From NCBI RefSeq assembly GCF_009914755.1, contig NC_060931.1: DNA of 64,000 nt; one strand, given 5' to 3'. A program made the position numbers and the translations under genes. The notes beneath the pieces are model-generated. The model worked only from the letters and a program-made list of their open reading frames with translations. It ran no database searches and was not told where the DNA came from. Source of the stretch: the human T2T-CHM13v2.0 reference genome, Homo sapiens. This document shows positions 59,683 through 64,000 of this stretch, in pieces; the first letter of the stretch is position 1; every line of letters starts with the position of its first letter.

Positions 59683-61964
59683 TTTGTTTTAAATTACATC
59701 TGTAATTTGGCTCTAATGTGCAGGCTCATGTAAACTTCTCTTTACTGATGTTTCCAATGCAATAGAAAAAAAACCTGAGCAACCAGTCCTTCCAAAGATC
59801 TTTAGTTAAGCCTTCATGGTCAAAGAAGGGCAGTGAGCAGCTCTGGGATTCAAAGGGGCCTCTCAGTTACACAAGAGGGGACTCCACTGAGGTATGAATA
59901 AGAAGTGGGATGCATCGGACAGAAAAAGCCAAGTAGCAATAGTGTGAGGCTAGAACGTCCTCTGCAAACCTCAACCACATCACAGCCCATCATTCTTGGA
60001 TGTCTCCCCATCAAATAACTACACCCATAGCAACTACAGTTGACTACAGTTGACTCTGACCTCACCACCCCTGTAAGAGTAATAATTCCAGTAAGAGAAG
60101 TTCGTCTTTAAAAATATAGCCCTAAATCTCGGCAACCAGCATACTTTCTTTCAATAAAAGCATGGGTGCTTTCCTGTTCCACCTATTTTTATCCTGTAGA
60201 AAAAAAAAAGTCCCTTCCAGCCAATGCAAATACTCTCTCACTCTCTGCCTCACCAGCAGCAAGGCGGGTTGCAAACCTGCACAGGATATAGAACTGAGGA
60301 GGCAGTGTGCCTGATTTTGCTGTCGTGTTATTCTTTTCATTGATATGGTACCTTTCCAGCGGTTCACATGTCAGCTGATGAAAGCAGCTGTGACCTTTTA
60401 CAACAATTGGCCTCTGTCTTTACATTGGCTGTCTTTGCTTTACTGGGATTCATGAAGATCACCTTGGGGGCATCTTTCAACCCATTCCTGTGAAATGGCA
60501 ACCGAACAGAAAATGGCACAAAGGGAAAGAGACAACATTTGTGGATACACTGAGGGATAGATATTGGTACTTTTAGTTTGTGAATGTAAAAATGTCACAG
60601 GTCATTTCTGAGCATATTCCAGCTGGAGGCAAGAAATGCTTTGGGGTAAACATATGAACCACATGTGCAGAAGCACTGAAAATTAGGTATAAAAGTCATA
60701 TATGCAAAATTGCCACAAAACTTCCTGCTGTGATCATTTGGAAATCACCTTGGAGTATAGGTTTCTGGCTCATTTTCCAAGCTATGCAATTCCTTTCCAG
60801 AAACCCCTAGGCAGCACTGCCTCCCTCCCCTAGGTCCACCCTACCTCAGCAAAGCACAGTGAATGTCCTAATTCCTGGGACAGCTCCTTTTGGGGAAATA
60901 GGAAGAATAGATCAGAGGGTTTGATTATAAGCTTTAAAAATCAATTTTAAAAATTGATATAGTTCTGTGCTTTCTGAAGACGGATATCTTAAATAGTGCC
61001 TAACTATGTTTGTTTTGGCAGATACGTGGGTGACTCTCGCATTGGCAGACATCCATATCCGTATTTATGGCAAATATGTCAGCATTTAATCCATCCCAGT
61101 GTCTGTGAAGGAATCAACAATTACAAGTTATCGTCTCTCTCTTATTATATTGTTTTACTTCTTTTCAAAGACTGACACAGAAATTGCCATGAAATGGAGA
61201 ATAATCAATCCTCAGTAGAAAATAGAATACCAAATCTTACAGCTCGGTAGATGGCTGGTCTATGTAATCTTTGTTTCATTTCTCAGCTCCTCTTTGAGTG
61301 ACTCAGTGTAGCACCCCACAATTCAATATTAGCAAGGAGGTGTCATTTCACAGGAATGACTGCTATCATTGGGAGGGAAGGTCCATAAACTAGATTTCCT
61401 ACTGATGACATCAGCAATTCTGTGACATTTAAAGAAAAAGAATTGAGTACCATTTCCAAAAGGGATGAGTACCTTTGAAGAAATAATATTACCCTTATTT
61501 TAACTTCCATGCTTCAGTTCATCCCTAACAGATAGGTGCACTGAGGAACCTGTATCTGTAATGTGAACAATATACCTCCTTTAATATCAGTCCCAGGTGA
61601 AATTAAACCAATCAGGAAGCGCATGACAATATCTCTGATATTAAGAGTCAAATGGTGTCTCAAAAACAACAATCTTTTGTGATTGTTGTTATTCCAGCGA
61701 ATTGGCAATTTACAAATAGGTTGTGTCCAAAAAAAATTCACTAATATATTTGGAATATAGAGTGTCAAGTACAAGTTCCCATGTATGCAGTATTACAAAT
61801 GGTATTCCCAAACCAGCCCATAGACACCCATTTCATTTATATCTTGCTGATGGTGTTGGAGAAGACAAAGAAATATGCAGGATTCAAAAGGTAGAGTTGG
61901 CTTTGGAAAGACAATCTGTGGCACAAGATCCCAAAACAATCTCCTTATAATTTCTACCACTTCC

Positions 61965-62260
61965 AGAAAGAAGGAAGGAAGGAGGAAAGAAAGGAGGAAG
62001 GGAGGGAGGGAGAGAGGGGAGCAAGAAGGGAAGGAGGGAAGGAGGCAAGAGAGGGAGGAAGGGAGGAAGGAAGGAAAAAAGAAAGAAAGGGAAGGAAGGG
62101 GGAGTGAGGGAGAGAGGGAAGGAGGATAGGAAGGATGGAGGAAGGAGAGAAGAACAAAGGGAAGAGTGGGAGGGAGGGAAGAGAGGGAGGGAAGAAGGAA
62201 GGAACAGAAGGAAGAAGAAAGGGATGGAGGTAGGTTGAGAAGGAGGAAAGAAAGACAAGA
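61965..62260. repeat. GA-rich polypurine low-complexity tract (GGAA/GGGA)
   Basis: ~295 bp almost entirely purine on the plus strand. Confidence 0.97.
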
Positions 62261-62762
62261 AGTCTCTAAGATGACCTCCAATTATCAACACCTCCTGGTA
62301 TTCATACCCTTGTGTAGTGTCTTCTTGAATATGGGCTGGCCTTATTATTAACTTCACTTGTAGCAAATAGAATACAGAAAAAGAGATCAGATGCCACTTC
62401 CAAGATTGGGCTATAAAAAGGCAGTGGTTTCTGTCTCGGGCTTTCTCTCCCCTTCTCCCTTTCTATAACCGCTTGCCTTGGTGGAAGCTAGCTGCCACAT
62501 CACAAGGGTGTCCTGCAGAGAGGCCACATAGCAAGGGGCTGAGGACCACCAAGCAAGTGATCTTGGGGATGAAGCCCCCTCACAAGTCATGCTTTCAGAT
62601 AAGACCAAAACCCTTACCAACAGCTTGACTGCATGAGACAACTTGAGCCAGAGGTGCCCAGCTAGGCTGTGCCCAGATTCCTTACTTACAGGACCTGTGA
62701 GCTCTTAAATGCTTATTGCCTAGGTTTTAGAGTAATTTGTTATGCAGCAATAAATAACTAAT
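62255..62762 (+). mobile_element. MLT1F-like MaLR LTR
   Basis: ctctaagatgacctcc...cctggtattcatacccttgtgtag...gtaatttgttatgcagcaataaataactaat. Confidence 0.8.
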
Positions 62763-62834
62763 TGGAAGGAAGGAAGGAAAAAGGGAGGGAACAAGGGAAG
62801 AAGAGAGGGAAGGAAGGGAAGAAGGCAGGAATAA

Positions 62835-63270
62835 CCATGTCTGCCATAATCTAGCCAGGGAACAGAAACCACTCTGAGTATTTTGGTTGCTCAGGAGACA
62901 ACAAAGCTGAGCAGTTACTAGGAGACGGTGACATAACCCAGAGATGAGCAGGGACAGGAAGCTATACTGCCCCTAAAGTGGAGGATCAAAGGAGGAAGCA
63001 GTGTTACCAGAAGCCAGAAGAAGCCAGGTCACCCTGCAGAAGCTGGAACCACAGGGGCCTGATTGGTAGGAGCTGGAGCTGTAGATGCCATTCAAGACAG
63101 GGAAGGGCAAGGAGAAACATTGTGGCTTCTCTCTTCTTCTCACCATGCAGTTCCCATTGGTGCCTTCCATTGGCCAAACCCAGCCAGAAAGCAGCTGACA
63201 CCGGATCCTAAGAAATAGCCCACAAGGGCCAGCCTCCTGCATTACACAGCACAGCTGGGAAGGAATGGCC
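62835..63270 (-). mobile_element. Ancient ERV LTR fragment (LTR41/78/79-like)
   Basis: aacagaaaccactctgagtatt...ggtgccttccattggccaaacccagccagaa; subfamily uncertain. Confidence 0.5.
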
Positions 63271-64000
63271 TCACAGGCCAGGCCTGGCACACTAGCTAAC
63301 TAGCTAAAGAGAAGGGAAAATATCTATTGCCAGTCCTCAGCAGATTCAGCCAGAAGGGACTGCTTATTAGCTCTGTGAACAAGGACCATTCACAATCTGC
63401 ATGAAAACTCAAATTATGAGATGACAAAAATAACTACCAATCAACAGTACCCCTTGATAAACCACAAGGTAAATCATGACACTTGCCAAATGAGTCCTCC
63501 AGAGATGGGAGGGAACACGACGGCCTGGGACTGGCTGGGTTTGGGAACTGGAGAGAAGGAAGATCAGGTTGAAGTCAGGGCTCCTGGGTCCCAAGGGAAG
63601 AGGAGGTGACAGAACCCATGTCAGAGGGAGCAGAGCAAAGGAGTGAGGCTAGCCAGCGCGGGCGCCACGTGCGGAGACACACAGGTGTTCCACTGGGTCC
63701 AACACTAGGTCTTCACAGTCAAAAGAGAACTGAAACGTGAGGGTAAAGGGAGGGTAGCCGGTATGAGTGACTGGTGATCTAGGCAGGAAGCCAGGCTGCA
63801 GGGCATTTAATGAGTGGGTGCAATCACGTGGTAGAGTTTGACAGTGAATGGAAAGACAAAAACAAGCTTGCGGCATGGCAGGTTCCCGCCAAGGATCTGG
63901 TTTGAAAACAGAGGAAGAGAAGGTAGAAACTAACACCAAAGGCTAAGAACCTGCACAGTAAATTGCCTATCAGTCTTCCTCATAGCCTGCAAGCTACTTG

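Noticed and set aside
61793-62366. 160-aa L/P/S/F-rich and E/G/R/K-rich ORFs
   Set aside because: Translations of the GA low-complexity tract

Overview
Primate, almost certainly human, genomic DNA (Alu, L1PA, MIR, L2 and MLT/MER repeats). I find no supportable host protein-coding exon, tRNA, rRNA or CRISPR array. The window is organised around one CpG island (~45.3-47.3 kb) with a dense promoter motif cluster. The island appears to drive a minus-strand transcript whose first exon ends at a splice donor at 46279, and possibly a divergent plus-strand transcript. Left of it looks like a long, repeat-rich first intron with a few candidate small exons; right of it looks like upstream or intergenic DNA. 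I cannot name the host gene with confidence. The most notable direct observations are four: (1) a ~105-nt pri-miRNA-like fold-back at 48.2 kb whose arms are also two inverted ONECUT/CUX motifs; (2) a 5'-inverted (twin-primed) L1PA2 with a 15-bp target-site duplication (TSD) and a ~1.6-kb internal loss; (3) a polyadenylated MER41 LTR fragment apparently retrocopied in trans; (4) a 32-bp tandem repeat with snap-back-templated junctions inside an old L1. Repeat subfamily names come from recalled consensus sequences, not a RepeatMasker run, and boundaries of old repeats are approximate. The sequence alone does not establish a new biological system.
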